Positions 25,197 to 39,343 are shown, numbered from the whole stretch's first letter. The stretch is 62,676 nt of DNA, filler included, from Sphacelaria rigidula (GCA_964200075.2; 7 parts of 7 records of this genome joined end to end with filler, not necessarily neighbours in it), one strand, 5' to 3'. Numbers and translations: made by a program. Notes: a model not told the origin generated them from the sequence alone.

Positions 25197-26906
25197 GAAT
25201 TCCTGCCCTTAGTACCCGCCGATGAGCCATGCTTGCTCGCTCGGCGAAGTGCTGGGAGATGTAGCTCTGCGCGTCTGTTTCTTGTCCTGCCCACCTTGTG
25301 TGTGTGGGTCTATGTGGAATCATGAGCCGAACAACCCACGCGTTTTACGTTCCCTTTCGAATTTTCATCGGCATGTTCCTCCGTTCTCACAAAAGTTCAC
25401 TCACAGATGGTTAATATTCATGAGAAAATTTTCGAGGGCGATGAGAATAGAGCATCAGTCCTCGACTAATTTGATGACATAAAAAACTTGAAGCGTCACA
25501 GTCGTTCTCATCGTCATGTTTGTTTTTTGTCGCGACAACACGGGGCCCTGCTGCGAGTTGACGACTCCGATATAATGCCGCACTTTGAATGTTGAAAACT
25601 TTGGCGGCTCCATCTTCAGGAAATCCCTGAAATACATGCAATCCGTTCGACCAGGCATTCAAGTAAAAATGTTTGCTTTGGCCATTGTGGATCGCAACAG
25701 GTGATTGTAGTGACGGAGCAGTTCGAGGGCAAGCCTCTATTGGCTCGCCATCGCATGGTGACCTCCCTCTTTGCAGGCGAGATGGGTGGACCGAAGCCAA
25801 AGATGCACGGTAAGGTTTCTCCCGTGTTCTTAAGAGGAGTATTGTGATGCGCAAGACCCGGAATCAAGTTTGAGATCACGAGTCACAATCTTATCGTGGC
25901 CTTTCCTGAAAAAAATGGATTCGAGCCGGGATACCAAGGCCTTGAAAACTTTGAACCAGATATATGACAAGGCGAAGTGCGTTGCTAGAACCGCGCCGCG
26001 GTCTCTGAGCAGTTTTCGGTAGATTTTCGACTCGTGCGATTGCTGTTCGCCTCATTTTGAAGGTTCGTAGTTTCTTTCAAGATCTTGAACAATCGTACCG
26101 TACTGGTACGAACGGTTTGGTCGTTTGAACCAAAGCACCGGGGGCAGAACAGTGTCCCAGCATCATCAGTACGTAATTTGTGGTGGATACAGTACCATGG
26201 GTAACGAAACTAGCTCCGAGATACAGGATACAGAACACAGTTGGTGCGCTGTCGTCTCTGGTTTATGTTAGAAACTACTGTACCCGCTGAGCGCGGGAGC
26301 ACAACAAAAGTATCTGGTTCCCGCAGCTTCGGTTTTTGTTCGGGCGTTTTCCCTGTTCAACACGAGTTGTGATGATGGTATAAGGCATTACCTCTAGATG
26401 AAACGTTCCATACATTAACCCTTTTGGGACCGGACTCCCCACAATGGTATGTTTGTGGCACTTTCCTCCCACAATCATGTGTTAGCGGCAGGTGTCCATT
26501 TGTGTTGTTTTAAAGTCAAAAGTATGCCGGTTCACAAAAAAGCCCCTTCAGTATCATTTGATTTAAAAACAACACAAATGGACACCTGCCGCTAACATAC
26601 GAATGTGGGGTAGAGGGTCCCAAAAGGTTCAAAATTTTCCACCGTCTATGCTTGCTGTGCCAAGGTTTTCTTCGTTGACATAGGATAGACTCCAGACACA
26701 CATGGGCGGTTAGCAGGAGTGATCGACAACTGTTTTTTTTTTTTTCCCCTTCCAGTACGTAGACAACGGATCCATCCAGTTCACCGTCACCCCGGTCACC
26801 ACCGCGNNNNNNNNNNNNNNNNNNNNNNNNNNNNNNNNNNNNNNNNNNNNTTAATTAATTAANNNNNNNNNNNNNNNNNNNNNNNNNNNNNNNNNNNNNN
26901 NNNNNN

Positions 26907-29900
26907 CGTTTCTGCAACCCGGCATGATGCGGGTCAACCGCCGAGGCAAGATGGATGCTCAGTCCGTGGCCTGCCATTACCTCAATAATGGCAGTAACCA
27001 TTCTTGATCGACGGTCAAGGTCCTGAAGGCTGCTACCGGTGCCGTCTGCTACACCAACAACGTTGTCTGGACGGTACCACGTGCGCCACTGCAATCCTCG
27101 CCAACACCGATCGTCGGGGGGGAGGAGGCCCATTCCAGTACCGTCGCCGCCGCCGCCGCGCCGTCAGCAGAGAAGCATCACGGGACGCCGCTCGCCGGGG
27201 GGGGCGAAGGTCCAGACGCCGTTCGTCGGGGAGGAGGAGGTTCGTGGCAGCACCGCCGCTGCCGTCGCCACAGCGCTGCTCCCGCCGACATATCACACAG
27301 TGGAGTTCGAGCCGCCGTCGCCGCCGCGCCAGCAGACTCCGCCGACTCAGCCGATCCTGCCTACGCCGCGCCCGCCGACTCCGCCGACTCAGCCGGCACT
27401 ACCGCCGCCGACGCAACCGTCTACGCCGTCGATGCATCGATCGCCGCCGATACCCCCGCCGATCTTCTCCGGCTCTTCGGCCCGGATCCCGTCCCCGATC
27501 CCGTCAGCATCTTCCTCGACTGCGTCGCGCGATGCATCATCCGCCCCTGAAGTGATGGACCATTCTTCCTCGCCGCTCTCAATCAACGTGGGGAAGGAGA
27601 TGGATCTGGAAACAGACCCCCGGCAGCCAGGGTGGACGCGGTCGGGGTCGACGCAATACAAGACAGACAAGGCTGCACTCTTGCACCACAGCTGGGGACT
27701 CATGCAGCAGTTGGATAAGCGATCCTTGCTATCTGCTCTCCTCTCGCGCGACGTGGTTGATGCCGGGCGACAGGGCAACGATGGTGAGAAAGGGGGGCGC
27801 GGGGGGATACCGATGTGACTCGCGACAAGGCTGGCGACGCGTGAAGATATAGATACCGCTTTACGTGAGCAGCGCCCGCCGCACATCCCACCGGAACTCC
27901 CATACTGTGCAGCAAAGGATCTCAAGGTCCCCAACGGATACACGCAGGCGGTGCGCTCGGAGTATAGTGAATTATGGAGGGACTCGATGGGGCGGGAATG
28001 GCGAGGAATTCTGGAGGCGGGGACGATAGACTCAGCGGAAGAGCAACTCGTGGACAACTTCATCCATGTAAAGTAGGTATAGAACTGGAAGGCGGACGAA
28101 TTTGGATGGCCCACGAAGATGAAGTCGAGACTAGTAGCAAGAGGAGATATGCAGAGGGAGAACATTGATTTTGGAGAGTTGTATGCCCCCACTGTAGCAG
28201 TTTCTAGCGTACGTTTGTTGGCGACGCTGGCTTGTGAGCAAATTCTTGCGTTGTGCCATTTTGATATCGAACAAGCTTTTGTACAGTCTGAGTTGGACGA
28301 TGATGTTTTCATGCGGTTGCCACTTGGTTGTGGTAGTTTATCTGGTAAAATAGTAAGAATCAACAAAAGTTTGTACGGATTGAAACAGGCAAGTAGGCAG
28401 TGGCATGATCATCTGGCGGAATGTATATTTGTCTCGAGATTTTATCAGTGCTTGGCGGATTCATGTGTATTTCGGTTGATTGAGGATGGCAGGGTGATTC
28501 TCACCATTGTAGTACATGTAGATGATATATTCGCAGTGGGAAATAACGACAGATGTGACGAGTTTGGTAAAGATCTCAATACGCTGGTTCCAGTCGAAAA
28601 CCTCGGGGATTTGCGTTGGTATTCTGGACTGTACTATGAGAGAGATATTGCGAGGGGGACTATGAAAATTTCACAACAAACATACGCAGAAGAGTTGGCG
28701 AAGAAATACGGAGTAGAGTGGGGAAAGAGTATCCTCATCGCTGTTGGTGCGAAGCTTGAAGAGTTCAGTGTAGAATAACAGACGACGGAATTTCCGTTTC
28801 GGGAATTGATTGGGTCACTGATGTGGCTGGCAACTCAAACGAGGCCAGACATATCTAACGCAGTACGTGCAGTAGCGAGGTACTGTGCCTCACCAAAACA
28901 CCTTCATTGGCGTGCTGCGCTTGGTATTTTGGGATATGTTAGGCGAACAAGTTCGCTGGAGATTTCTTTTCACAGAGGAAGCATACAGGGGCTGAGCTTT
29001 CATGTTTTTGCAGACGCAGACTACGCCAGTAAGGCAGCTGATACGCGGTCGGTATCAGGAGGGCTGGTAATGTGTGGAGGTGGATGTGTGTCTTGGTTTT
29101 CAAGGACTCAGAAGCGTGTGACACTGTCCACAACGGAAGCAGAGTACGTTGCCATAACATATTCTGAAGGAGGTATTATTTTTGAGACAGGTTCGGCGTT
29201 TCATGTTGCCACAAATGGGAATGCCATGCATCCCGGTGTTTGAAGATAATCAGGGAGCTATTCAGTTGGCAGAGCCCAATCACAAACTCCAACTCCAGGC
29301 ACATCGACATACGGCATCTTTTTATCAGGGAGTTGGTTGGGAGGAATGAGGTTTCGGTTATTCACGTGAGATCGGAGTATCAACATGCAGATTTCCTCAC
29401 TCAAGTGTTGCCGACAGAGTCTTTTGAGTTTCATCGTAATATTGCCATGAACATCATGTAGGGTCTACAAGACACTGGTACATTGGTTTGGTTTGAGCTG
29501 GTTTGATTTGTTTTCGGGGACATTTATCCACCCCGGGAAACTAGGGGTACGAGGCCATGGTTGCAATATTTTCACTTTTGCAATGAGTTATTTTATCTTC
29601 GATGGGTACGACCGGATTTGTTTTTTTGTTGCAGACAAAATATTTTTCAATTGTTTTTGGTGTTGGATTTCGGTCTTCGACGGGTACGACCGGATTTGAT
29701 TTTTTGTTGCAGACAAAATATATCAGTGGTTTTTGGTGTTGGATTTCAGTCTTCGACGGGTACGACTGGATTTGATTTTTTGTTGCAGACAAAAAAATAT
29801 CAATAGTTTTTGCTGTTGGATTTCGGTCTTCGACGGGTACGATCGGGATTTGATTTTTTGTTGCAGACAAAATATGTTTCAATGGTTTTTGGTAATGGAC

Positions 29901-30619
29901 TTCGGGTGCCACAAAAGTTGCCATAGCAAATATCGGAAACTGGACTGGTTTTCGACTTTGCGTTTGGTTGATGAATTTTTCTATTTTTGTTGAATATATC
30001 TCTGGGATTTTTTGACATTTTGGTTTTCGATTATTTGAGTTTTTGAATTCGTATTCTTTTTCCGTACTGAAAGGCGTGATGGGATGGATGAATAGCATGA
30101 GTATGTTGTGACGTATTGAGGAAAAGGACTGAAGGAAGGAATTTCAGTTTGCTAAGTAGATGTCATTACCAAATGTCAGTACACGGGTGGGACGATTTGT
30201 TTTGCTTCATAATATAGTATTGAATATTGTTTAGTAGGGTTTGAGACATGAGTTGAATTAGCCCGTGAGTAGGAGGGCTAATCGAATATACTCACACTCA
30301 ATGATGGATGCATGTAAACAGGCCTGGATGCATGGGAAATGAATGTTGTGGTTGGATTATGACATATGGGTGAATGGGAAATATGAGATACAGTTCTGTT
30401 GTTAAGGGTATACCCGATTTGTTGGTTGCAGCAAGAATCCGCTGAAGAGGCACACGCCCAGTCGCGTGGTCAAAGAATTAGGTTATGACGTGTTGTTTTT
30501 CTACATGAATGGCTCTTCATGATTGACCACGTCCCTTTTTGGCAGTGCACTTTTCTGGGTTTTCACGTTTCGGGTGGAGAGTATAATACACATTTAACAA
30601 CAAGGGAATCAATTCAACA
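26907..30619 (+). mobile_element. Ty1/Copia LTR retrotransposon, 3' half: Pro-rich linker, RT, RNase H, 3' region, PPT and probable 3' LTR ~30279-30619; disrupted
   Basis: Motifs KSRLVARG, HFDIEQAF, KSLYGLKQASRQW, VHVDDI, GSLMWLATQTRPDI, ADADYA, LSTTEAEY, RHIDIRH. Several stops and frameshifts. Purine tract gagtaggaggg at 30267-30277; the candidate LTR ends ...ttcaaca. Confidence 0.95.
29597..29905 (+). repeat. Tandem array, four ~77-bp units in the Copia 3' region
   Basis: cttcgaYgggtacga...ttgttgcagacaaaa starts at 29597, 29675, 29751 and 29828. Confidence 0.9.
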
Positions 30620-33600
30620 ACAGAGGTCCCTCGAATAGACCCCAGCGCCGAGTAGGAGATTCAGCCCTTAAGCAGGGGCTGTTGATTCCGAATCGAAACA
30701 CCAGTCTCCCCTGTGCAACCCGATCTTACACGATCGCTGTTATGACTCGTAACAACGCATCATCACCCGCCAGGTATACAGATGCGCCCATAGGGCTATC
30801 CTGTGCAACAGCTCGCGTTAGAGTCGCAGCCAGAGTAAACGGTACCCTCGCTGGAAATAAACACAATCAATTCCGCAGCAGATGTACCGTATATCAGCAA
30901 AAGCTCATAGATGAACAACAGGCCACCATGGGTGCCGATTATACAAAACCAGTACCGCCAGGTCCCATGGATTTCAGAAGCGCGGATGATTCCCCCATGA
31001 AACAATCCGAGGGTTCCGGCATAAAATGGCAGTACTAGTTGGAAAGAAAAAAATATCGGTCAACTACCGAGTGGTGAAAGGCACCTCACAACAGCTGTCG
31101 TGGAGCCGCACATTATAACCGATGGAGACACGTGATCGCCTTATGTACCTCGAGCATTCACACGCATCATTGCTTCAAGAACAGCATGCATGTAGTCGAC
31201 GAATAAAATGGAAATGGTACAAACCGCCAACCCGTTGGGCCGACAGGTAAACTCCGGTAAAACTTCATGATAATGATGAGAGACAAGAACGGAGAAACTT
31301 CATGTTATTCTGGACATGCCCTCGCCATGTCAAGGTTGCCAACGCCGGGAAACCGGTCCACAACCGGCCAAAATTTGCCGATGGGACACGTTACGGGAGG
31401 ACGGCTATACGAAAGAGCGCCGACAAACTCAGTCGAATGAAAAACAACTTCGATGTCAAAAGCTGGAGCACTAAATATGTACTGTCCGTAGTGGACCACC
31501 TCACAAAAAAACTCTTTCTGACAGTCTTTAATACATTTGGCATCCCGGGAAAGCTACGTTCGAATTAAAGAACTGAAATCGGAAACAAGACAACATGTGC
31601 ATAGCAACAGGGGCTAGGTTTCAGTAAACCTCGCACGGCACTTTTACACCCGCAAAGTAACTCAGTGTCGGAACGGATCCACTCGACTATGCACGCGGTG
31701 TTAGCTAGGCTTAGGTCAATTAGAAACAAAAAATCGGACACCCATACCTCCGTTCATCCAAATGGTGTACAACATATACATCCTATCACAGTACAGTACA
31801 GGAGATAACATATTCTTTTACTAGTCGGAAAGAAGCCCAGATTGCCAGTTGACATGATCCTAGGCATACCGGAGGAGAGCCGAGCGACAACACCCGAAGA
31901 ATTTCCAAAGAAACATGGGGAAACCGACAGTTTGGATTTGAAGTTGCGAGACAAGCCCTACGAGGAGAGCGAACGAGCAAGAAAACAAGAATAATTTCAA
32001 TTCTTTCACGGTGTTCAAACACAGTCACAAGGTACTTTTGTACCCACCATACCAGGACTCAGGAAGGCCGTAACCGAAACTCCAATTTACGTGGAGAGGA
32101 TCTTTTATGGTAACCGAGAGACGATTGCCGGTTATGTACATGATCAAAATAGGCGACGACTCTAAAGAAATGTCAGTACATCCCGCTCACTTGAACAAAT
32201 ATCACCCGCGGAAAACACCACCCGCATCAGATGTCGATAAATCGAGCGAGTTTTTCCTAGACAAACAGATACCTCCACCAGATAGACCAACCGCACGAAA
32301 CGTTGCCCACAATAGAACCTTACGCTGCCAAAACAGTGGTAGGTCACGCACCAGGCCCAGGTCGGAGAAGTCGTTACAACGATCAATATCTGATGAGACT
32401 CCAGAGCTACAGCCCAGCGGCTGACCTAACCTACCGTAGAATTGCTCAGCACCGGACTTTGACAAAGGATTAGCTGAGTGCCCACATCCGGACTCGGAAT
32501 CCAAAGCTACAGGGAAACGGAAACGGATGTGACTGTTTAACAGACTGTTTTAGCGTCTTAGCAAAACGCTCAAGGGTTGAGCAGTAACCTGAAGTCAAAT
32601 TTCGGAGATTGATGAGACTCAAAAGATACAGCCCAGCAGCTGACCTAACCTATCGAGCTGACGAAACATCACGAAGTAGACACATCCTCGATATATATAC
32701 CGTCATGACAACGGGTTAGCAAAGCGCTCACATCCGGGGTCGAAATAAAAATATACCGGGTAACGGAAACGGACGTGACTGTTCAACAGACTGTTCAGGC
32801 GTCCTAGCAAAGCGCTCAAGGGTTGAGCAGTAGCCTGGGGTCAAAATTTGGAGATCAAGGAGAGTGACAAGAGAAGAAATCAAAAACGACGTTAGAACAA
32901 TGCAGACATGAACGGAAATATATTCGACATGTCAACGGTGACTGGAGTGCACTTCTGGAGGAAGATAACCTCTCAGCAATCGGGGTAGTGCTGATCATTT
33001 TGACGATGGGTAGACAAGAAAGTACAATGCTTACACGCCGAAAACATCGTATGCACCGCTTTGTTACTAACACCAGGGCGTTGTACTATTCAGGTGTAAG
33101 TGGAACCGAAGGTATCCCAGAACCCATACATGAAAAACCCAGGCGCCCGTGGACCGACCAGTGTCCCAGTGCCCAAACATGTAGAAACAGCAGATGCATC
33201 CAGCACCAAAGTGCAACGCATCTTGTGGATTATCACGTGGGACACACGTATATGCCACAAAATTCACCAAAGAGCACAATGCTCGCAAGATAAACATCAG
33301 ACCCACCGCTTTGGTACTAACGAGAGGACTTTGTCCTATACTCCGACGTCAGTGGAACCAGAGGTATCCCAGAAGCCAGGCAGAAATACCTCAAGCGCCC
33401 GTGGACCAGTCGGTGTCTCAGTGCCTAGTCAGGTATACCTAACTGATGCAGCCTGCACCAAAGTGCAAAAAGCATCTCATAAAAAATGTGTCACACATGA
33501 TGCATCTATTTGACACAATACAAGAAGCAAAGGTCATTTTGACCGGGTTTGGACAAAAGAGCACAATGCTCACAGGTGAAGAAAAAATACATATATGTAT

Positions 33601-34350
33601 CTGCAACACCGCCTTCTTACTAACCCGATACTTGACCCTACTCAGGTGTCCGCGGAACCGAAGGTATCCCAGAACCCGGGCAGGAATACCCCAGGCGCGC
33701 GGGGACCGATCAGTGTCCCAGTGCCCAGTCATGCATATCAGCAGATGCAACTAGCAACCAAGTGCAAACATATCTGAGGGAAACATGTCACATGTGATAG
33801 CTACATGACAGAGGAACAAGATTAGAGGGTTTGGAATGCATGCACTGTTACTGACCAAATGTAGCTAAAACTTACTGGGGGTGTTTGCTCAATACCACAG
33901 TATAGAGAAGGGCTACCTTTGCGATTAGCGGTGGCGTGATCCAATCAATGATTGTCACTCAAAGAAACCTCCATGATTATATCATCAGCGAAGCTGATGA
34001 TCACCTCGTCCCACCAGCCATAGCCTCGATGGGCTAGAGGCGCATAAAGGGAGGGGATATGTGGGAGATATCTCTTTGCAGTGGCATACCAGAGACTGAT
34101 GTCACACATGTATACAGACCCAGCGCAAGCAGGGANNNNNNNNNNGGGTGATGCCAGGAAGAGCCTAATATAGGACGGTCCAACATCCCCCGAGGCCCTG
34201 GTCGCCTATGGTGACCACTTCTCGTCTAACCCCCTTCTTGCCTACATATACAAGAGGAAATCATCGCCAGCCTCGGAGTTCCTTCGGCATCGGGACGGCC
34301 GTCTTCCCCCGTAGGTCTCTGACTTCTCTAGCGATACGCCTTCCTGACAC
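30620..34350 (+). mobile_element. Decayed Ty3/Gypsy element: integrase, possible chromodomain, repetitive 3' region, PPT and probable 3' LTR from 34060
   Basis: YVLSVVDHLTK, FGIPGKLRSN, HPQSNSVSERIH, a GPY/F-like WRGSFMV...VHPAHL segment, then PPT aaagggagggga (34046-34057) followed by TG. Confidence 0.8.
32391..33790 (+). repeat. Two tandem duplications inside the Gypsy 3' region: 2 x ~220-245 bp, then 3 x ~250-300 bp
   Basis: tgatgagactc..aga..tacagcccagc at 32391 and 32610; ggaacc(gaa/aga)ggtatcccagaa at ~33102, ~33354 and ~33654. Confidence 0.85.
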
Positions 34351-34356
34351 TTTATC

Positions 34357-35683
34357 TCAAAACGGGGGTGAGTTAATAACGGTCCACGTGTTATTGCGTT
34401 TTAGCCCCTTCATCGCGTCCAACCACACACTCGTGTACTTCGAACTGTACACGTCCTTCACAGACTTGGGGGCTGACTCAATCTCTTCAAGAGTCACGTA
34501 TGGGATCAACTCCAACCAAGACTCCCCTGAGTGTCTTGGGTCCTCCGTGTTTGCCAGCTGAGCTAAGATCTGTTCCGTAGCCCACAAATCCCCCGTGACT
34601 GTCCACAACGCATTATGATCACCCTCATGCTCCCGCAGGTCTGGAACTTGCTGTTGAAGTCGCTGCTCCTGACGCTGCTGCAGCAAGGCACGTGCCTGTT
34701 GCCTTGCCCGGCCAAGTGTCGGCTCAAGCGAGTCCGCTTGATTCGCGGCATCCCCGCCGCCGCCGACAGACGATGTCTCCGAAAGATCATCATCAGAGGA
34801 TGAAGACGAAGCAGACGGCTGCTGGTCAGAGTCTTCGCCGTTGTTGCCGCCTCGCTTCTCCTCAGATTCCACCGTCCCATCAGATTCCTCTGACAAAGCA
34901 CCACCCGGAACCCCCCCACCAGGGCCGAGATCCGACTCGTCAAAGTCAGAATCAAAGCTCTCGACATTGTCCTCCCCGCTCCCTACATGCTGCGAGTTTT
35001 CCTTTCCCGACATAGAAAACGGAACTGCTTGCTGCGTTTTGGGGGGAGGAGAGTGCTGCCAAGTAACATCGCGAGTAGTGATTACATATATATCTGTCTT
35101 TCGTCTGCATTCTCATGGTATCACGGGGGTAGTTGTAGCCGGGCCCTAAGTAAAAGCACTCCTGTGCTTTCGGCATACACTTCGACGTCCTCTTATACCT
35201 ACAGTATCCTGGCTTGAAGAAAGGGAGAAGCTTGACTTCAGGCACTTCACCGTAAAACACCTCATCTGGGGACTTTTTCCCAGGGTTAGCTATACAGCAC
35301 CTTTGCTTGAATCCTAGCTGCCATAGTGGCTTTCTCAACCGCCGCGACTGTTCGTTCAGCAACACCATTGTACTCGGGACTATCTGCTCGGGTGTACTCT
35401 TGCCTTATGCCACGCTCACGACACAGATCACTGAAAGAACCCGTAAACTCTCCACCACCGTCAGATCTTACGGCCTCCACAACTGAGGGAGTGCACTTTG
35501 CTCCTACATCAGCCAGGTATTGCTTAAACACCCTCGTGCTGTCAGACTTATGTTTACCGAAATACGTCCAAATTTCCGGGTGAAATCATCCCGGATGAGA
35601 AAACAGTACTTCATGCCACCTGCACTCTCTACCAATTTCGGGCCAGGCGCATCCATGAACACACGCTCTAAAGGCTTAGCTGC
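34357..35683 (-). mobile_element. Ty1/Copia fragment: integrase core and acidic linker up to the start of RT; frameshifted
   Basis: PLERVFMD...GGMKYCFLIRDDF, VRSDGGGEF, GIRQEYT..DSPEYNGVAER, CFYLG, PKSVKDV...WLDAM...NNTW. Confidence 0.92.
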
Positions 35684-37568
35684 TGTGACGGTTTAAGAGA
35701 CAAAAGTTAGTCGTGGGGGCTTGATCCCCGTCACTTTCACTCCGAGGAGGGCGACTCCCCTTGCCAGCGTTCTANNNNNNNNNNNNNNNNNNNNNNNNNN
35801 NNNNNNNNNNNNNNNNNNTTAATTAATTAANNNNNNNNNNNNNNNNNNNNNNNNNNNNNNNNNNNNNNNNNNNNAAGCCTACTGATTATCTTGCATTTGG
35901 ATGATAGCCTCCAATGAGTTGCTTTATTGTCTGGTATCGCCACTCCCAGAGACAGCTACGTCTTATACACTGCCTCATGGGTGTCTCACCGGGGAGCAAA
36001 ATGATGAACGGGTGTTACGCACCATCACACACACAACTCACCTTATTGCACGCGTTGGAGCAATGTCCGAGAGCCTCCTGTAGTTGCAGTAGCGGCGGGG
36101 GTTGCCAGGATGGTCTCTCGGGATCCGCAACACCTTCCCCCTGATCCACGGTGTTGCCTTCCATAGCGATTCGCATCATGCTACAAGCAGGATATCGGGG
36201 ACATGATCCATACAAAGAAAGAATCATTAAAACCTTCGGGCATTCACAGCTGGATAACCACAGTGTGCCAGCTCTACCAATATAACATCATGCCGAACCA
36301 CCACACGGACACGGTGGGCGTTGCAGGGGAGTCATAATGCTGCCGTGATGAATGCTGCCGTGATGACCGTTTCGGAACCCTTGTCATTACAGTCTGTCAA
36401 GTAATCTTGACAGAGTCCCACACTGTCTTTTTTCCCCACCTAGTCAGAAAGATTTTGTCCAAATTTCAGGCGGTATGGTACACCCTACGGAACAAAACCT
36501 TGCTACACCCGATAGCGCTCACGGGGTACTATCCGGTTGTTTTTTCAACGAAGCTCAAAAGACTGGAGTACCTGGTACTTTTTTTGCCAGCTTGCACCAA
36601 TCTCTACTTGAAAATACGACTCTCTTTCCCCTCCCTTCGAGAACTCAAAATAGTTTGCACCAAACGACAACTGTATGGCAGGAGGCCGAGTCTTCCTACC
36701 TGGCCTCCGCGTCACCCCAGTGTACCACAACGTCGTCCATCCCCGCCGGGGGGTTAGGTTGCCGATTGTGAATATTGAGGGAGTCCTCGAAATGCCTGTG
36801 TTTCACGTTCGGTCATTGTTCAGAGCACGGGGAGAATAAAGAGCAAAACACACGTCACGACAAAAACATTCGCGATTACCATCCAACGCACAACATACGA
36901 AGATACGCATACGGCAGCAGCGGGCATGTATTTGAATGATGACAGTCGGGACATGGGGTTCGGGCGGCGGAGGAAGGGAGATCGGATGGGAGGGGGCGAA
37001 AATTTGCTTGTGATTTGCGCGCAGCATACACTACAACTGAGCCGGGAAAACACGACTCGTCTTGACTTGTTGCAGTCCAACGGTAAGGCTCCCTCCATGG
37101 ATCAGGTACCTCAGCACAGGTTGTATACCTGTGCCTGACTGACAAGAGAACACGGCAATAGTGCAGGAAAACAAAATAGCCCAGACATGAAACGTCAAAC
37201 AACATTTGAAAGTCTGACCTCTGGATAATGACTGACCATCGATACAATTCATTTCAGGGGGAAGGGGTGCTTCCGTGACCAACAGGGGAGAACACACGGG
37301 AGCTACCGGTGCAGTATGTGTACTACGGGTCGAGCGAATCATCGCTGGTTTGAATCATCAAATTCACAATTCCTGAGGCCTGATTGGTCGAAAGAGATGA
37401 AAAAAAGGTTGACCGCGGGACATGAACGTTTCTACGTAAATATTGCGCTGTTCCACGTGCCTGGGGTGCAACTCTGAGAACAAAGTCCAAGGATTGATTC
37501 GTATGGTACGAATCAACCGACAAAAAAGGAAGTAATTTTCCACACTCTGGACAGAACATCATGTTTTC

Positions 37569-39335
37569 AATATATATTAGTCGATCATACTGGAATGTTG
37601 CGGTATATTGCCGGAGTAATATATATTTTGGTACCCTTGGACTGCACACGTATTGCGCGCCCAATACATATTGATGTCGTGGAACTGCATACATATTGCC
37701 CGCACAATATATATATATATATATCGGTACCATGGGGTTGAACACGTATGATGCCATCAATATATAGAGACAGTGTGGGCGACGGCATATTGCACGACCA
37801 ATATATATCAGGGTCGCATTGGTGAGAGCATATTGAACTTGATTGATTTTTTATTGATTGTCGCACTTCAACTGACCCCCCAGGGGTCCAGCCGTGGTCT
37901 CATAATAGACGTGATCAAGAAAAACGGAATTTAAACACGCTCTAGGGAAAAAAGAAAGAAACACAGAAAACAACAGGAACAGGAAAAAAAAAAGGAAAAG
38001 AAAGAGGAGTCGAACAGAACGACATAGCAGACTGAGTCGTGACAAAAAAAGTAGTAAAATTCAACACAAGCAGAGCGCAGAAAGAAATGGCCGACCTAAA
38101 GCAAAAAAGAGGTAAACAAGAGGAAAGTACAGTCCACGTATATGGGGTCCGCGTGGTGAAAAATGTGAAATCATACATGCACATAATATATATATATATA
38201 TAAATACATTGCGCGTAAAAGCACTGCCGGCGCTTGCGCGACCGTGCCTCCTGAAGTGAGTACCTCGACAGGCGATATCAAGAAAGGTACCGCGTAGAAT
38301 GACATCATCCAGAGGGTGCAGAGTGTGCCCAATACGGATTACCCTGGACAATACAATATGTTCCAATATGATACCAATGCTTTACATTGGAGACAGTGCA
38401 AATACTGTCTTTACAATATATATCGTGTTGAGGTGTCTGCGGTGACGTTGAAGCAACAACATATATTCTCGTATCATGATCGTGAAGTAACGCATGACAA
38501 GTTATATTGGACACGCATTTGCTCCGGGAACAAAACATCCAGTACATATTGTGCATGCCGGCCGTGTATGTATCGAAGTGTAAACATATATGCACATATT
38601 GAGTCGAAGCGATGCGTAACATATTGTTAACATAATATGTGTTGAGCGGAAACCACGCAAGAGTATTGTTTTTCCAATATATATTGCGCACGCTCATCGC
38701 ATAGCTTTTGTGCAGCCAATATATATTCAACACGCTCGCGGAGGAATATACTGGGCGTTTTCGACATGTGGTGCTACATCTTTCAATGGCGCCCGCGAAC
38801 ATAGAACTGCCCACTATACTAAAACCAATACACTTTCAATATACATGTTGGAAATCAGTTTATATATATATATATATATATATACCGCTACACCAATATG
38901 TTTTGTGACCGTCCCTTCCCTCCTGTTTTGTCCGCCCAATATGTATTGGACGCATTAACGCACGACATATTGGGGCGGCAATATATATTGACGCTTCGGG
39001 TGTTGAGTATATTGAATCACCAATATATATGTATATATTGACCTCGTGTGGCAGTCAATATATTACTCGACAAATAAATATATATATATATATATATATT
39101 GGTGCCTTACCGCACCAACATATTGCTCGGCCAATATATACTGAGGTGGCGCGTGTCGTGATATATTGTTCGGTCGATATATATTGCACGTCGCCAGCCT
39201 TGACATATTGGTGACACAGTATATATACATATATATATCGACCTTTTCTCGTGCCACCATATTGCTCGTCCAATATATATATATATATATATATATTGAC
39301 CACCCGACGCGTCGACATATCGAGCGGGCAATATA
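37569..39335. repeat. Array of CAATAT/ATATTG motifs with (AT)n cores
   Basis: Dozens of atattg or caatat words, often as palindromic caatatat...atattg, separated by short, more GC-rich spacers; interrupted by a retroposon 3' end. Confidence 0.8.
37838..38160 (-). mobile_element. Retroposon 3' end (same family as 19845-20200)
   Basis: Plus strand reads gattgattgtcgcacttcaactgaccccccaggggtccagccgtggt-like, and gaaatggccga is shared with the 19.9-kb copy. Confidence 0.7.
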
Positions 39336-39343
39336 GATATATA

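Noticed and set aside
27389-28366. 325-aa minus-strand ORF and the overlapping Arg-rich frame 27004-27555
   Set aside because: Alternative frames of the GC-rich Copia linker and RT.
29493-30098. Repetitive ORFs (e.g. LSATKNQ repeats)
   Set aside because: Translations of the non-coding 77-bp tandem array.
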